The notes under the pieces are model-generated. The model did no database searches. It worked only from the letters and a program-made list of their open reading frames with translations, and was not told the DNA's origin. From positions 84,879 to 148,878 of the forward strand of contig JBDRQI010000005.1 of NCBI GenBank assembly GCA_043826355.1: DNA of 64,000 bases, in the 5' to 3' direction. Every line of letters starts with the position of its first letter. The stretch's first letter is position 1. Positions 9,641-20,231 of this stretch are shown here, piece after piece. The DNA comes from Candidatus Omnitrophota bacterium (GTDB taxonomy: Bacteria > Ratteibacteria > UBA8468 > MWAK01). The position numbers and the translations under genes were made by a program.

Positions 9641-10072
9641 TTAGAAATTCCTTTTTGAAGGGATAATGTACGGTTCCACTTGGTTGAAGTTGCTTAATGA
9701 CGTCAATACTGCCGACTTCTTCATTTCGTTTTTCAGGTAATCGATTATGAATCCGTCGATTCGTTTCCAAATGTAAGAAACAAATTTAACGGGCTTGAGG
9801 TTTCCCTGCTTGTCCCGATAATAAGGGTCGTAACTTTCAATCTTCTTGTAAACAACCGGAATGATTTCTGCGAGCAAGTCCTCCCCGAACCGCCTAATTA
9901 ACTCGGGGAATACTCTCCGGTGGATTCTAAAGATTAAGAAATCGATATGACGAAGAACAATCTCATCCTTGCTTTTCTTCGAACCTTTTTGGGCTTTTGA
10001 GATTAAACGTCGTTCTTCAGATAGGGTAACTTTTGGATGGTCCTGAATAATGTTGCGGTATAATTCCCACAT
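9641..10072 (-). CDS. Sigma70 region 1.2/2-like protein lacking regions 3-4
   Basis: YRNII..HP.VTLSEERRLI..AQKG, EIVLRH, EDLLAE, YDP...KFVSYIWKRIDGFIIDYL. Confidence 0.6.
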   Translation of the reverse strand: MWELYRNIIQDHPKVTLSEERRLISKAQKGSKKSKDEIVLRHIDFLIFRIHRRVFPELIRRFGEDLLAEIIPVVYKKIESYDPYYRDKQGNLKPVKFVSYIWKRIDGFIIDYLKNEMKKSAVLTSLSNFNQVEPYIIPSKRNF

Positions 10073-10180
10073 ATTTAGGTAGCAAAATGGGGGATAATTT
10101 TTAAATTATTACGACTAAAAAATTAGGTTAGGCAAGGTAGTTATCCAAAAAGCCTAATGGCTATGACGAGAATCGCAAAA

Positions 10181-11160
10181 TGAAGTGAACCCCTATCCTT
10201 GGACAGACAGGTTAGAATAACATGGCTGGACCGGCGAATTATTTTGTTCTTTGAAAAGTAACCGATTTTCAAACTCCTCCGGGGCAAGTACCCCAGGGAA
10301 GAATGCAACCTTTTTTTATTATACACCGCTTCCAGGAAATAGGGAATCCGTCCCTGAACATCCGCGAGGTTTCGTTATTTCCAGAGGTAAACTTCTTCCG
10401 CTTTCAGAGTTTTAAAGAAACTTTCGGCGGTGGCGTTATCGTAAGGGTTGTCTTTTCGGGACATACTGATTTGAAAACCGCAGGTTTTAAGCCGGTTTGT
10501 ATAATCGCCGGACGCATACTGCACCCCGCGATCGGAATGGTGGATTGTTCCCGGAGCGGGATTTCTCCGGCAGATAGCCATATCCAGGGCGGTAAGCGCC
10601 AACTGGGTATCCAAACTCCTGGAGACGCAGTAACCGACGACCCGGCGGGAGAAGGCGTCCAGGATAACCGCCAGATAAACAAAGCCCGATTCTATCCGAT
10701 ATAGGTAATGTCGGATACCCAAACCTGATTTGTCGCTGTTGGCGGGCGCTCTTTTGTCAGGTTCGGATAGATTGGATAAGCATGGTTGGAGTCGGTGGTG
10801 GTTACCCAGCGTTTCTTAACGGATACCAAGAGGGAACTTTCCCGCATGATGCGGAGGACCCGCTTGTGGTTTACGCAAGATCCGTCTATCTTTAAGTTGA
10901 TGGGTTATATGCCGGTATCCGTATTTGGAAAATTCCAGGGCGACCTCTTCTATCCGGTCCCGAAGATCGTTGTCCGTTTTCATCTTTACCCGGTTTTCCG
11001 GCCGGTAGTAATAGGTGCTGCGGGGAATCTTTAACATTTGGCACCGCCTTTTGACGCAGCCGTGGTATCGGGGGGAAAAGCCGGTAACAAGCCTTCTCTT
11101 TTCCGGGTTTGTTCGATCGTGGCGGAAATGGCGTTTTTTAAAAAGCTCTTGATTTCTGCT
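10181..11160 (-). pseudogene. IS3-family transposase relic (fragmented rve integrase OrfB)
   Basis: Fragments IPRSTYYY...YGYRHIT; YLAVILDAFSRRVVG...HHSDRGVQY...DNATAESFFKTLKAEEV; YNKKRLHSSLGYLP in different frames; probable terminal IR at 10181-10212. Confidence 0.88.
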
Positions 11161-11164
11161 GTAA

Positions 11165-11383
11165 TTATACTGGAATCGCCACTCTTCCGACCACAAAGCC
11201 GGAATCCTTGGGAACTTTCAGGTGTTCCTCCTTCATTCCCTCAAGATGAAGTTCTATTGCCTCCTCAACATTCTTCATCGATTCTTCAATCGTTTCACCT
11301 TGTGAGTAGCAACCGGGAAGAGCCGGAACGTCAACCCAATATCCACCTTCTTCCGCTTCGTGAAAAATCACTGTGTATTCCAT
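11165..11383 (-). CDS. hicB: HicB-family antitoxin
   Basis: EEGGYWVDVPALPGCYSQGETIEES...EAIELHLE. Confidence 0.9.
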   Translation of the reverse strand: MEYTVIFHEAEEGGYWVDVPALPGCYSQGETIEESMKNVEEAIELHLEGMKEEHLKVPKDSGFVVGRVAIPV

Positions 11384-11391
11384 TTTGCTCC

Positions 11392-11616
11392 TTATAGAAG
11401 TTCTAAAAACTGAGATTCGGTAAGGCCTGCTTTTCGCAGGGCGTCCTTTAGCAACCCAATTTTCAACTCTTTTGTTACCGGAATTGTTATCAGTTGTCCG
11501 TTTGTCATCTTGATGTTAACGTGGCTTCCTTTAGTGGACTTTTTTACGCCTCCTGCCCGTAGAAAGGCTTTTACGGCCGCCTCTCCTTGGATGCTTCTAA
11601 GTTGCTTGCCGCCCAT
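11392..11616 (-). CDS. hicA: HicA-family toxin
   Basis: KGSHV...ITIP...ELKIGLLKDALRKAGL; upstream of hicB. Confidence 0.85.
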   Translation of the reverse strand: MGGKQLRSIQGEAAVKAFLRAGGVKKSTKGSHVNIKMTNGQLITIPVTKELKIGLLKDALRKAGLTESQFLELL

Positions 11617-12033
11617 GTCAATATTTTACTCTGATTATGACTTTTTGTAAAACACGGGGGTGTTTGATCTCTTCCCTTAAAACTATGTTGTACCACCCAC
11701 AAGTCTAATCTTTGGCTTTTTTAAAATTCTTATTAATTCGTCCAGCGTATACACGCCCCCTTGGGTCAGCGGTCAACTGTTTCCACCGGATAATTAATAA
11801 CCCTTCGTATGTTATAATATTTCTGCGGGGTTTGGCTGTATGTCTGTTTTCTTTAAGAACAAACCTTACGGGTCTTCTACCTTTACTTATTAAAGTGCTT
11901 CATTCTGGGTGCAAAGATCATGCAAAAGGTCAAGCTGGATTTCCAGTTCGGTGGGGTTGAATAAGGACTGAAAAGAGGTTCGAATTGCGTCCAGTCGCCC
12001 CGACAATAAAATAACATTTGAGGAGGAAAAATT

Positions 12034-13746
12034 ATGACAGCAAAAGGCCTGCCGCTTACGACCCGAATGGAAAAGAGCGTACCGGCCATCGGAGTATTTG
12101 CCACCTGCGACCCGCGGGTGGATAACCCTTCGCGGGAACGGGCCGCAAACATCATCCGGATGACCGCGGAAATAATCGCCAAATCAGTAAAGACGCCGGA
12201 CGGCGAACTTGTGCCTGTGGTCTGGACCCCGGTGTTGATAGACGGAGAAAAAGAGGCCGACATCGTCGCCAGGCAGTTTAAAGACGAAGGGGTGCAGGCC
12301 CTGGTCTGCCTGCCGGACACCTGGGCGTTCCCGCAACTGAGCCTGCTCTCCCTGCTCAGCCACTTCCCCGTCAACACTCCGATTAACCTGACCTGCGGCA
12401 ACAGCGGGCCGAAACCAGGCGTGGTCTTTGCGCACGCGGCCAGCGGGGCCCTGGCCCAATCCGGACGTCTTTCGCACCTGAACGTCGGTTCCTGGCCGGA
12501 TACCGGACTGGAACCGAAGATGACCGGCGAGACCGCGGAAGCGCTGATTGACTGGTGCTACGCCGCCTTCACCACGGTAAATCTAAGGGGCAGGCGCCTG
12601 GTAAACTTCGGACACGACTCCATGGGCATGGAGACCGCCCTGGCCCACATTTTCCCCACCCGGAAGACCTTCGGCATCGAGATTACCCGGCTGGACATGA
12701 AGATGCTGGCGGATATGCTCCGAAAAGGTTCTTACGACAAAAGGGAACTTAAGGAACTGCGAGGCTGGATCGACAAATGCGTCGGCAAACGCCTGGAACT
12801 GAAGACCGGGGACGACAGCGAACTTTTCAACCAGAGCTTGGCGATGTATTTGATAACCCGGGATTTGATGCATGACCTGAATGCGGTCGGCGGCGGTTTC
12901 ATGAGTCAGCTGGAATGGGGTTCGGATAAACGCGGCCTGCCTTTGCCGGTGGCGGACGTGATGGAGTCGCTCTTCAACTCAACCTTCGACCACAACGGCA
13001 AAAAACCGCCCCTTCCTTACGCCACCGAAGCGGATGTCCAGGGGCTATTAACCATGCTCTTCTTCACCGGCCTCTCCGGCGGCAACCCTCCGCTCTTCAT
13101 GGACTTCCGCAAGGTCTGGGAACCGTGGGAGATAAAAAACCTGGCCGGAAAAATTGGCGTCAAATTGAATAATTCCACGCTCTGGGAAAGGAAGGGTTTT
13201 GTGGACGGCGACAATTCCGGAAGTGCGTCTTTTGACTGGGCGGCTTTGCCCGGAGAGAACGTAAGGGAAATTATGAGCCGGATAAAACTGCCGCTGGCGG
13301 ACCAGTTCTATTTCCCGGGCGGCGGCAATTCGGTCACCTTCGTGACTCCGGAAGGTATTTCCGGCATAGCGGGCAGGATGGCTTACAGTTCTCTCAACAA
13401 CCTCTTCTCCATGGTTTGGGACGAGGCAACTACCGTGGAACTTCCGGAAAAACTATCCCGGGCCGTCTGCCAGACGTCCACCGCCACCTGGCCGCACACT
13501 TTCGTCGTGCCGAAATACGCCAGCATGCTGGAATACAAACAGTTCGCGCCGGCAAACCACTTCCACATGACCTGGAATTTAAAGCCGGCCCGACTTCAGT
13601 ACTGGATGGATTTGACCAACGTGCTCTCCGTAACGCCCTGGAATGGACGGCCGGCGTTCGTGGAGAAGGTTGACCGGCCCACGCCCCTGCTTTACCTGAT
13701 AAACGGGGGCGAACTGGAAACAAAAAAACTCCTCAGTCCGAGATAA
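12034..13746 (+). CDS. L-fucose isomerase-family sugar isomerase
   Basis: DSMGM, QLEW, FNSTFDHNG, ATEADVQG, NSGS, WPHTF, ANHFH motifs parallel FucI. Confidence 0.8.
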   Translation: MTAKGLPLTTRMEKSVPAIGVFATCDPRVDNPSRERAANIIRMTAEIIAKSVKTPDGELVPVVWTPVLIDGEKEADIVARQFKDEGVQALVCLPDTWAFPQLSLLSLLSHFPVNTPINLTCGNSGPKPGVVFAHAASGALAQSGRLSHLNVGSWPDTGLEPKMTGETAEALIDWCYAAFTTVNLRGRRLVNFGHDSMGMETALAHIFPTRKTFGIEITRLDMKMLADMLRKGSYDKRELKELRGWIDKCVGKRLELKTGDDSELFNQSLAMYLITRDLMHDLNAVGGGFMSQLEWGSDKRGLPLPVADVMESLFNSTFDHNGKKPPLPYATEADVQGLLTMLFFTGLSGGNPPLFMDFRKVWEPWEIKNLAGKIGVKLNNSTLWERKGFVDGDNSGSASFDWAALPGENVREIMSRIKLPLADQFYFPGGGNSVTFVTPEGISGIAGRMAYSSLNNLFSMVWDEATTVELPEKLSRAVCQTSTATWPHTFVVPKYASMLEYKQFAPANHFHMTWNLKPARLQYWMDLTNVLSVTPWNGRPAFVEKVDRPTPLLYLINGGELETKKLLSPR

Positions 13747-13795
13747 TTAAAAATAGCGGTGCGATACATCGCGGCCCTACGCCACGGAGAAATTT

Positions 13796-14521
13796 ATGGT
13801 AAAAATAATTGCCCACCAAGGATTTTCCGGAAGGTATCCCGGAAATACGGAGATTGCGTTTCAGAAAGCCCTTGCCCTCAACGTCGATGCCGTTGAATTT
13901 GACGTTCACCTCTCCGCAGATGCAGCGTTAATCATATGCCACGACGGGGACGTGGACAGAACATCCGATGGTTCCGGTAAAATCAGTCAACTGACGCTGC
14001 CGGAAATTAAAAACTTGGACGCCGGCGGCTGGTTCGGAAAGGAATTTGAGAAACAGCGTTTTTTAACGCTTCAAGAAGCGCTTGATGTCCTCGGCACCAA
14101 AATCAGGCTTAACATCCACGTCAAGACCTATGAATTTGACCGGGAAAAAATAACGCCGCTAATCGTTAAGGAACTGGAACGCAGAAATCTCCTGCGCCAG
14201 GTGTTCATCGCCTCTGGCGAAGAAACGATTAAACTGGTCAAAAAGATTCAGCCGAAACTGGAAATCTGCAACCTTTCCAGGAAACCCGAAAACACTTACA
14301 TTAAGCGTTCTCTCTCGGTCGGGTGCTACATCCTGCAGCCGGAAAATATACAAGTAAATCAATCATTCGTTGAAGAAGCCCACCGCCACGGTATGGAGGT
14401 CAACCCGTTTTACGCCGATGATATTGCCGAGATGCGCCGGCTGATTCAATGCGGGGTAGACGGAATATTAACGAATTACCCGGATGTGTTGTTAAGAGTC
14501 CGAAAGGCAATCTCCTCATAA
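13796..14521 (+). CDS. Glycerophosphodiester phosphodiesterase
   Basis: IIAHQG, EFDVHLSAD, HDGDVDRTSDG, GVDGILTNYPD. Confidence 0.88.
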   Translation: MVKIIAHQGFSGRYPGNTEIAFQKALALNVDAVEFDVHLSADAALIICHDGDVDRTSDGSGKISQLTLPEIKNLDAGGWFGKEFEKQRFLTLQEALDVLGTKIRLNIHVKTYEFDREKITPLIVKELERRNLLRQVFIASGEETIKLVKKIQPKLEICNLSRKPENTYIKRSLSVGCYILQPENIQVNQSFVEEAHRHGMEVNPFYADDIAEMRRLIQCGVDGILTNYPDVLLRVRKAISS

Positions 14522-14646
14522 AAATTGCGTTTTTGATTAAATAAACTTAAAAAACGAACTTTCTTGGTACTCAATTTTGAGGAACCGGATCGGGTGCCAA
14601 GTTTCGACCGCCAGAGCGACGGCGGCATATCAGGACTACGGACACT

Positions 14647-14997
14647 ATGCCAGGAAAAATGTTGTCGGAACAGATTAAAAAAATCAACGAATCCACACAC
14701 CTCAGTGAAACAGATAAGAACCGCCTCATTTCGGAACTGCTCAAACATGCTGCGCCGCAACCCGACAGCCCGGAATTCAATCCGGCAGGCGGATATATCC
14801 TCAGTTTCCTCTTTCCCCCGCTGGGCTTATTCATCGGCGGCCATTACCTGTTCCGCTATGGGGAAGACGGGGTTAAACCCGGCATAATCTGTATCACGCT
14901 CACTTCTATTTCACTGGTAATCGAACTCCTGCTCTTCAAAAACATGCTCCGGGCTCTCCTGTCCGGCCTTTCCTCCTTGAAAATCCCGGGCATGTAA
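14647..14997 (+). CDS. Hypothetical membrane protein
   Basis: 116-aa ORF with two hydrophobic segments (YILSFLFPPLGLFIG; IICITLTSISLVI). Confidence 0.6.
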   Translation: MPGKMLSEQIKKINESTHLSETDKNRLISELLKHAAPQPDSPEFNPAGGYILSFLFPPLGLFIGGHYLFRYGEDGVKPGIICITLTSISLVIELLLFKNMLRALLSGLSSLKIPGM

Positions 14998-15044
14998 TTA
15001 CAATAAAAACTCAAGCAAGCTTGGCAACTACAACAGCAATTCTT

Positions 15045-16418
15045 ATGAAATTCTATATCAGGACGTTCGGGTGCCAGATGAACCAGGCCGACAGCGCCTA
15101 CCTGTTCGGTCGCCTCATTGAGGCCGGGTACCGGAAGACGGAAGACCCGGAAGAGGCACAGGTCATCATCTTCAATACCTGCAGCGTCCGGCAACACGCA
15201 GAGGAGCGGCTCTTCCAAAACCTGAAAACGTTGCAGCCTCTGAAAAAGAAGAGGCCGGAGTTGATTATCGGCCTGATCGGTTGCATTCCGGCCCTGCGCC
15301 GGGAGATGCTGTTCCGCTCTTTCCCTTACCTTAATTTTCTGGCCGGTCCAGAAAGTCTGGCCATGATTCCGGACTTGATTTCCCGCAGTAAAAATGGCGC
15401 GCAGATTGCGGTCTTTGACTCCAAATTAGATTCCTATGCCTGCCCTCAAGCGCAAAGGAATATCAGCGCTTTTCTACCGATAATCATTGGCTGCGACAAC
15501 TTCTGCAGTTACTGCGTGGTACCACTTACCCGGGGCAGGGAAAAGAGCCGACCGGCCGAAGATATTCTGACAGAGGCGAAAAAAATGGTTTTCGGCGGCG
15601 TCAAAGAGATAATCCTCCTGGGTCAGAACGTCAATTCCTACCGGGAAACGACAGGGACGAGATTCCCGCTTACAACATGCGGGAATGACATCGTTTCGGG
15701 TCGGATAAATCCGCCCCCCGGAAATAAAGGGATCGAAATCGATTTTCCGGAACTCCTGTCCCGGATAGCCGGGCTATTCGGCATCTTGCGACTGGGTTTT
15801 ATGACCTCCCACCCCAAGGACGTCTCCCCGAAACTTTTTAAAGTAATCGCCGAACATTCAAGCATCTATCGCCACCTGCACCTCCCCTTGCAGAGCGGTT
15901 CCGACTCCATCCTGCAGACAATGAACCGCGGCTACACCGCCGCCCATTACCGGCAGAGAATGGGAGAAGCCAGGGAAATTGTTCCCGGGTTGTCGCTCAC
16001 TTCGGATGTCATCGCGGGATTTCCGGGCGAAACGGAAGATGACTTTAATAAAACCTTATCGTTAATTGAGGAAATACAATTTGATGACTTGTTTGCCTTT
16101 AAATATTCGGACCGCCCCAAAACTAAAGCCGAAAGACTGGGCGGCAAGATTCCGGAAAAGACGAAAGAGGAACGCTTGGCCAAACTCTGGAAACTGCAGG
16201 ACGGAATCTCCCTGAAAAAAAACCTGGAGATGAAAGGTAAAACTTGCGAAGTTCTCTTGCTGAGCGAGAGCTGGAAAAGACCGGGTTTCCTGATTGGCAA
16301 GACGGAAAATGGAAAGAAAATTCTCGTTTCGGAAAACGCAAAATCAGTCGGTTCTTTAGTTCGGGTTCAAATTACTTCGGTTGACCGCCGCCTGCTCTAC
16401 GGGGTTGCCGAAAAATAA
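15045..16418 (+). CDS. miaB: tRNA methylthiotransferase MiaB
   Basis: [22 protein letters not shown] radical SAM motif, [15 protein letters not shown]-terminal TRAM domain. Confidence 0.93.
   Translation: MKFYIRTFGCQMNQADSAYLFGRLIEAGYRKTEDPEEAQVIIFNTCSVRQHAEERLFQNLKTLQPLKKKRPELIIGLIGCIPALRREMLFRSFPYLNFLAGPESLAMIPDLISRSKNGAQIAVFDSKLDSYACPQAQRNISAFLPIIIGCDNFCSYCVVPLTRGREKSRPAEDILTEAKKMVFGGVKEIILLGQNVNSYRETTGTRFPLTTCGNDIVSGRINPPPGNKGIEIDFPELLSRIAGLFGILRLGFMTSHPKDVSPKLFKVIAEHSSIYRHLHLPLQSGSDSILQTMNRGYTAAHYRQRMGEAREIVPGLSLTSDVIAGFPGETEDDFNKTLSLIEEIQFDDLFAFKYSDRPKTKAERLGGKIPEKTKEERLAKLWKLQDGISLKKNLEMKGKTCEVLLLSESWKRPGFLIGKTENGKKILVSENAKSVGSLVRVQITSVDRRLLYGVAEK
15659..15717 (+). repeat. In-frame palindromic insertions in miaB
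   Basis: GAGATTCCCGCTTACAACATGCGGGAATGACA (29/32 identical to the reverse complement of 23577-23608) plus GGGTCGGATAAATCCGCCCC. Confidence 0.8.
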
Positions 16419-16432
16419 ACAGGACACGCGCC

Positions 16433-17464
16433 ATGAAAAATTTTACGGTTAAAGCCAAAATGATATGTACGCTCGGTCCGGCTTCATCAAGTGAAACTGT
16501 TATAAGAAAAATGATGCGCGCCGGCATGGATGTTGCGCGTCTTAACTTTTCGCACGGAAAACCCCAGGAATTGCTTCACAGAATAAAACTCGTCCGGCTT
16601 TTAAACACGAAACACCGCAGACGCATCAAACTTCTCGGCGACCTTCAGGGCCATCGGATAAGGATAGGCCAATTCGTTGCTCCGTTAGAGCTTAAAAAGC
16701 GCCGGATAGTTTGGCTTTCCCGCCAAAAGACAAAAAGCGAAAACGCAAAAATACCATTCGATTACCAGGGACCGTTAAGCGGCATTAAAAACGGCTGCCA
16801 AATATTTATAGACGACGGTAATATCGCTTTGGAAGTAATCGGCCGGTCTAAAAACAGCCTGAAGGCCCGGGTAATAGCCGGCGGGCTATTAAAGGAGCGC
16901 AAAGGCGTAAATATTCCGGGGGCACAGCTTGAGTTCGGCGGTATAAGCAAAAAAGACGCCCGGGATATACTTTTTTGCGAAAAAACCGGTGTTGAATATA
17001 TTGCGCAGTCATTCGTGCGTACAAAAAAAGATATTTTAGAGGTAAGAAAACTTCTCCAGCCGGGTTCGTCCTGTCAGGTTATCGCTAAAATTGAATGCCG
17101 GGAAGGCATAAAAAATATTGACGATATAATCAAAGTTTCAGACGGCATTATGATTGCGCGCGGAGACATGGGCGTATCGCTCCCTGTTTACGAAATTCCT
17201 ATTATTCAAAAGATGATTATCAAAAAATGCAATCGCGCCGGGAAATTTGTCATTACCGCCACCCAGATGCTTGAGAGTATGACGGATAACCTTCGCCCTA
17301 CCCGCGCAGAGGTAACAGACGTGGCAAACGCCATAATAGACGGCACTGATTTTGTGATGCTCTCGGCAGAGACGGCAGCGGGTAAATACCCCGCCGAAGC
17401 GGTTACGATGATGAATAATATAATAAAATTTACGGAAATAAATTCGAGTAAATTGTTTTTATAA
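16433..17464 (+). CDS. pyk: Pyruvate kinase, short form without the C-terminal regulatory domain
   Basis: [55 protein letters not shown]. Confidence 0.92.
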   Translation: MKNFTVKAKMICTLGPASSSETVIRKMMRAGMDVARLNFSHGKPQELLHRIKLVRLLNTKHRRRIKLLGDLQGHRIRIGQFVAPLELKKRRIVWLSRQKTKSENAKIPFDYQGPLSGIKNGCQIFIDDGNIALEVIGRSKNSLKARVIAGGLLKERKGVNIPGAQLEFGGISKKDARDILFCEKTGVEYIAQSFVRTKKDILEVRKLLQPGSSCQVIAKIECREGIKNIDDIIKVSDGIMIARGDMGVSLPVYEIPIIQKMIIKKCNRAGKFVITATQMLESMTDNLRPTRAEVTDVANAIIDGTDFVMLSAETAAGKYPAEAVTMMNNIIKFTEINSSKLFL

Positions 17465-17499
17465 GCACCCGGTTCAACGCCAACAAACACGGAGAAAAT

Positions 17500-20217
17500 A
17501 TGAAAGAATTAAAATGGTATCAGCATTCAATAACGGAAGTTCTTTCGCATCTCCAGGTTACGGAAACGGGGCTTGCCGAACAGGAGGCGCAGGCAAGGCT
17601 GGCTGAACACGGGCCAAACCAGTTGGAAGCAAAAAAGAAGGAAAGCCGGCTTTTAATCTTCATCAAGCAATTCAAAAGTCCGCTTATATACATTCTGTTA
17701 TTTGCCGCCTTGATATCGTTTTTTGTCGGTAAAACCGTCAACGCGCTGGTTATCCTTTTCGTTCTATTTTCCAACGCAATAATCGGTTTCATACAGGAAT
17801 CAAAAGCCCGGAGCACCATGGATTCCCTCAAGGAACTCTCTTCGCCAAAAGCCAGAGTAATGCGCGCGGGTGAAGAAACGGAGATACCCACCAAAGACAT
17901 CGTGCCGGGAGATATCATCCTGGTGGAATCGGGAAGCAGGGTTCCTGCGGACGCGCGGATTATTGAGTCGGTAAGGCTCCAGATCGATGAAGCGGCGCTT
18001 ACCGGAGAATCCCAGCCGGTCTATAAAATCATTGATTCCATCAAACTGGAAACCACGGTTGCCGACCGGCTGAACATGCTCTTTGCCGGAACGGTTGTCG
18101 CCTCGGGCCGGGGCAAGGCGGTGGTCATCTCCACGGGCATGAATACGGAAATCGGCAAAATTGCCGGCATTATTCAATCGGAACCGGAGACCAGAACTCC
18201 GCTCCAGCGCCGCATGGAGGCTTTCGGCAAGGTTATCATCTTTATCGTCCTAGCGCAGGTAACCTTTGCATTTATCGTCGGATGGGTTCTGCGGGGTCTG
18301 CCGTTTTACGAGATATTCCTGGTTGTCTTAAGCCAGACGGTCTCTTCCATACCGGAAGGCCTGCCGGTGGCGGTAACGGTGGCCCTGGCGGTAGGCATGC
18401 AGAGAATGGCAAAAAAGAAGGCTTTTATCAGGAAACTGGCGGCGGTGGAAGGGTTGGGCAGCGCCACTATTATTTGCAGCGATAAAACCGGAACCCTTAC
18501 GAAGAACGAGATGACTTCGCGGCGTCTGGCCACCATGAAGCAAACAATAGAAATAACCGGAGCCGGATACCGGCCTCAGGGTAAATTCTTATTAGACGGC
18601 AACGAAATAAACCCGCTTGAAAATAAAGAAATAAACCTGCTTCTCAAAACAGCTTCTCTCTGCAATAATGCCCAGTGGAAGGAGAGGCCGGATGATGACG
18701 GCGGGGTAAAAAGTTCGGGAGACCCGACGGAAATCGCTTATCTGGTAACGGCCGTTAAAGCCGGAATTAGCCCGGATAAACTTAATGAAGAATTTCCCAG
18801 AATCGATGAAATTCCTTTTGAGTCCCATATTCAGATGATGGCAACCAGGAATAGGTCGGGTGATAATAAAAATATGATCTCGGTCAAGGGCGCTCCGGAA
18901 AAGATTGCGGACCTTTGCGGGTATTATCTTCAAGACGATAAAACAACGGAATTAACCGATTCTCTGCGCAAGGAAATATTATTACGTTCGGAGAAAATGG
19001 CCAAGGATGCGCTCCGGGTTTTAGCTTTCGGTTTCAGCGAAGAAGACAACGCGCCGGGCGGCGCATTTGACTGGGATTCTTTAAAAAGAAAAATTGTTTT
19101 CGCGGGCTTAATCGGCAATATTGACCCGCCGCGGCCGGAAGCCAGAGAAGCGATAAAAATATGCAAAAACGCAGGTATTAAAATAGCGATGATTACCGGA
19201 GACCATCTCTCCACGGCCGAAGCGGTGGCGGTTGAATTGGGCATAATGGAAAAGGGCGACGAAGGCATTGCCGGTGACCTATTAGACAATATGACCGAAA
19301 AAGAATTAGAAGAGGTGGTGACAAATTTCACGGTCTTCGCCCGAATCGAGCCGAAACACAAATACCTGATAGTCAAGGCCCTGCAGAAACACGAAGTGGT
19401 GGCCATGACCGGCGACGGGGTAAACGACGCGCCGGCTTTGGCGGCGGCCGATATCGGGGTGGCCATGGGGATAACCGGCACCGACGTGGCCAAGGAATCG
19501 AGCAGTATGGTTATCGCCGACGATAATTTTGCCACTATCGTGGATGCGGTTGAAGAAGGCCGGGGCATAACCGCCAACATGCGCAAAACCATCCTGTATC
19601 TTCTCTGTTCCAGCAGCACCGAAATTTTAGTCCTGCTGACCACCCTGGCCATCGGGGTGCCTTTACCGTTATTTGCCCTGCAGATTTTATGGATAAACCT
19701 CGTTACCGACGGCGCCCTTACGGTTAACTTGATTATGGAGCCGAAAGAGGAGGTAATGAACCATCCGCCGGATAAGAAAAATGAACTTTTGCTGAACAAG
19801 AGGTTGATGGGGCTGCTGATTTTCCGCGCTTCCATTATGGCGGCGGGAATAATCGGACTCTTTATTTACGAGTTGACCAGGGGTATGCCTTTAATCTATT
19901 GCCGCAGCGTTGCCTTTACGACGCTGGCGGTTACCCAATGGCTGAACGGAATCAACTGCCGTTCCACTACAAAATCTATCTTTAAAATGCCGTTTTTAGG
20001 CAATAAGTACTTGATTGCCGGCCTGACGGCGGCAATAATCTTACAGATATCGGTTATTTATATTCCTTTTCTGCAGAATATCTTTTCTACGGTTACGCTT
20101 GATTCAACGGACTGGATTAAAATCTTACTGGTGGGCAGCGGCGTATTCTGGCTGGAAGAGGTGCGGAAATTCATCGCCGGCCGCCGCCTTTCCGGCGCAA
20201 ACGAAAATTTAAGATAA
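17500..20217 (+). CDS. P2A-type (Ca2+-like) cation-transporting P-type ATPase
   Basis: TGES, IPEGLP, DKTGTLT, KGAPE, MTGDGVNDAPAL, LWINLVTDG. Confidence 0.93.
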   Translation: MKELKWYQHSITEVLSHLQVTETGLAEQEAQARLAEHGPNQLEAKKKESRLLIFIKQFKSPLIYILLFAALISFFVGKTVNALVILFVLFSNAIIGFIQESKARSTMDSLKELSSPKARVMRAGEETEIPTKDIVPGDIILVESGSRVPADARIIESVRLQIDEAALTGESQPVYKIIDSIKLETTVADRLNMLFAGTVVASGRGKAVVISTGMNTEIGKIAGIIQSEPETRTPLQRRMEAFGKVIIFIVLAQVTFAFIVGWVLRGLPFYEIFLVVLSQTVSSIPEGLPVAVTVALAVGMQRMAKKKAFIRKLAAVEGLGSATIICSDKTGTLTKNEMTSRRLATMKQTIEITGAGYRPQGKFLLDGNEINPLENKEINLLLKTASLCNNAQWKERPDDDGGVKSSGDPTEIAYLVTAVKAGISPDKLNEEFPRIDEIPFESHIQMMATRNRSGDNKNMISVKGAPEKIADLCGYYLQDDKTTELTDSLRKEILLRSEKMAKDALRVLAFGFSEEDNAPGGAFDWDSLKRKIVFAGLIGNIDPPRPEAREAIKICKNAGIKIAMITGDHLSTAEAVAVELGIMEKGDEGIAGDLLDNMTEKELEEVVTNFTVFARIEPKHKYLIVKALQKHEVVAMTGDGVNDAPALAAADIGVAMGITGTDVAKESSSMVIADDNFATIVDAVEEGRGITANMRKTILYLLCSSSTEILVLLTTLAIGVPLPLFALQILWINLVTDGALTVNLIMEPKEEVMNHPPDKKNELLLNKRLMGLLIFRASIMAAGIIGLFIYELTRGMPLIYCRSVAFTTLAVTQWLNGINCRSTTKSIFKMPFLGNKYLIAGLTAAIILQISVIYIPFLQNIFSTVTLDSTDWIKILLVGSGVFWLEEVRKFIAGRRLSGANENLR

Positions 20218-20231
20218 ACCGAATAACATAA

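Larger units (their letters stand above)
9562..12004. mobile_element. Degenerate tRNA-Pro-anchored island
   Basis: 15-bp direct repeat TCCAGTCGCCCCGAC at 9562-9576 and 11990-12004; contains IS relic and TA module; no integrase. Confidence 0.7.

Noticed and set aside
11820..12004. Possible tmRNA or extra tRNA ending in CGCCCCGAC
   Set aside because: No matching 5' acceptor strand or tag ORF; better explained as an att copy of tRNA-Pro
14560..14645. Hairpins upstream of the 116-aa ORF as a riboswitch
   Set aside because: No recognisable aptamer consensus
18930..19835. 301-aa minus-strand ORF and similar long antisense ORFs (37878, 59701, 62586)
   Set aside because: Shadows of well-supported genes on the opposite strand
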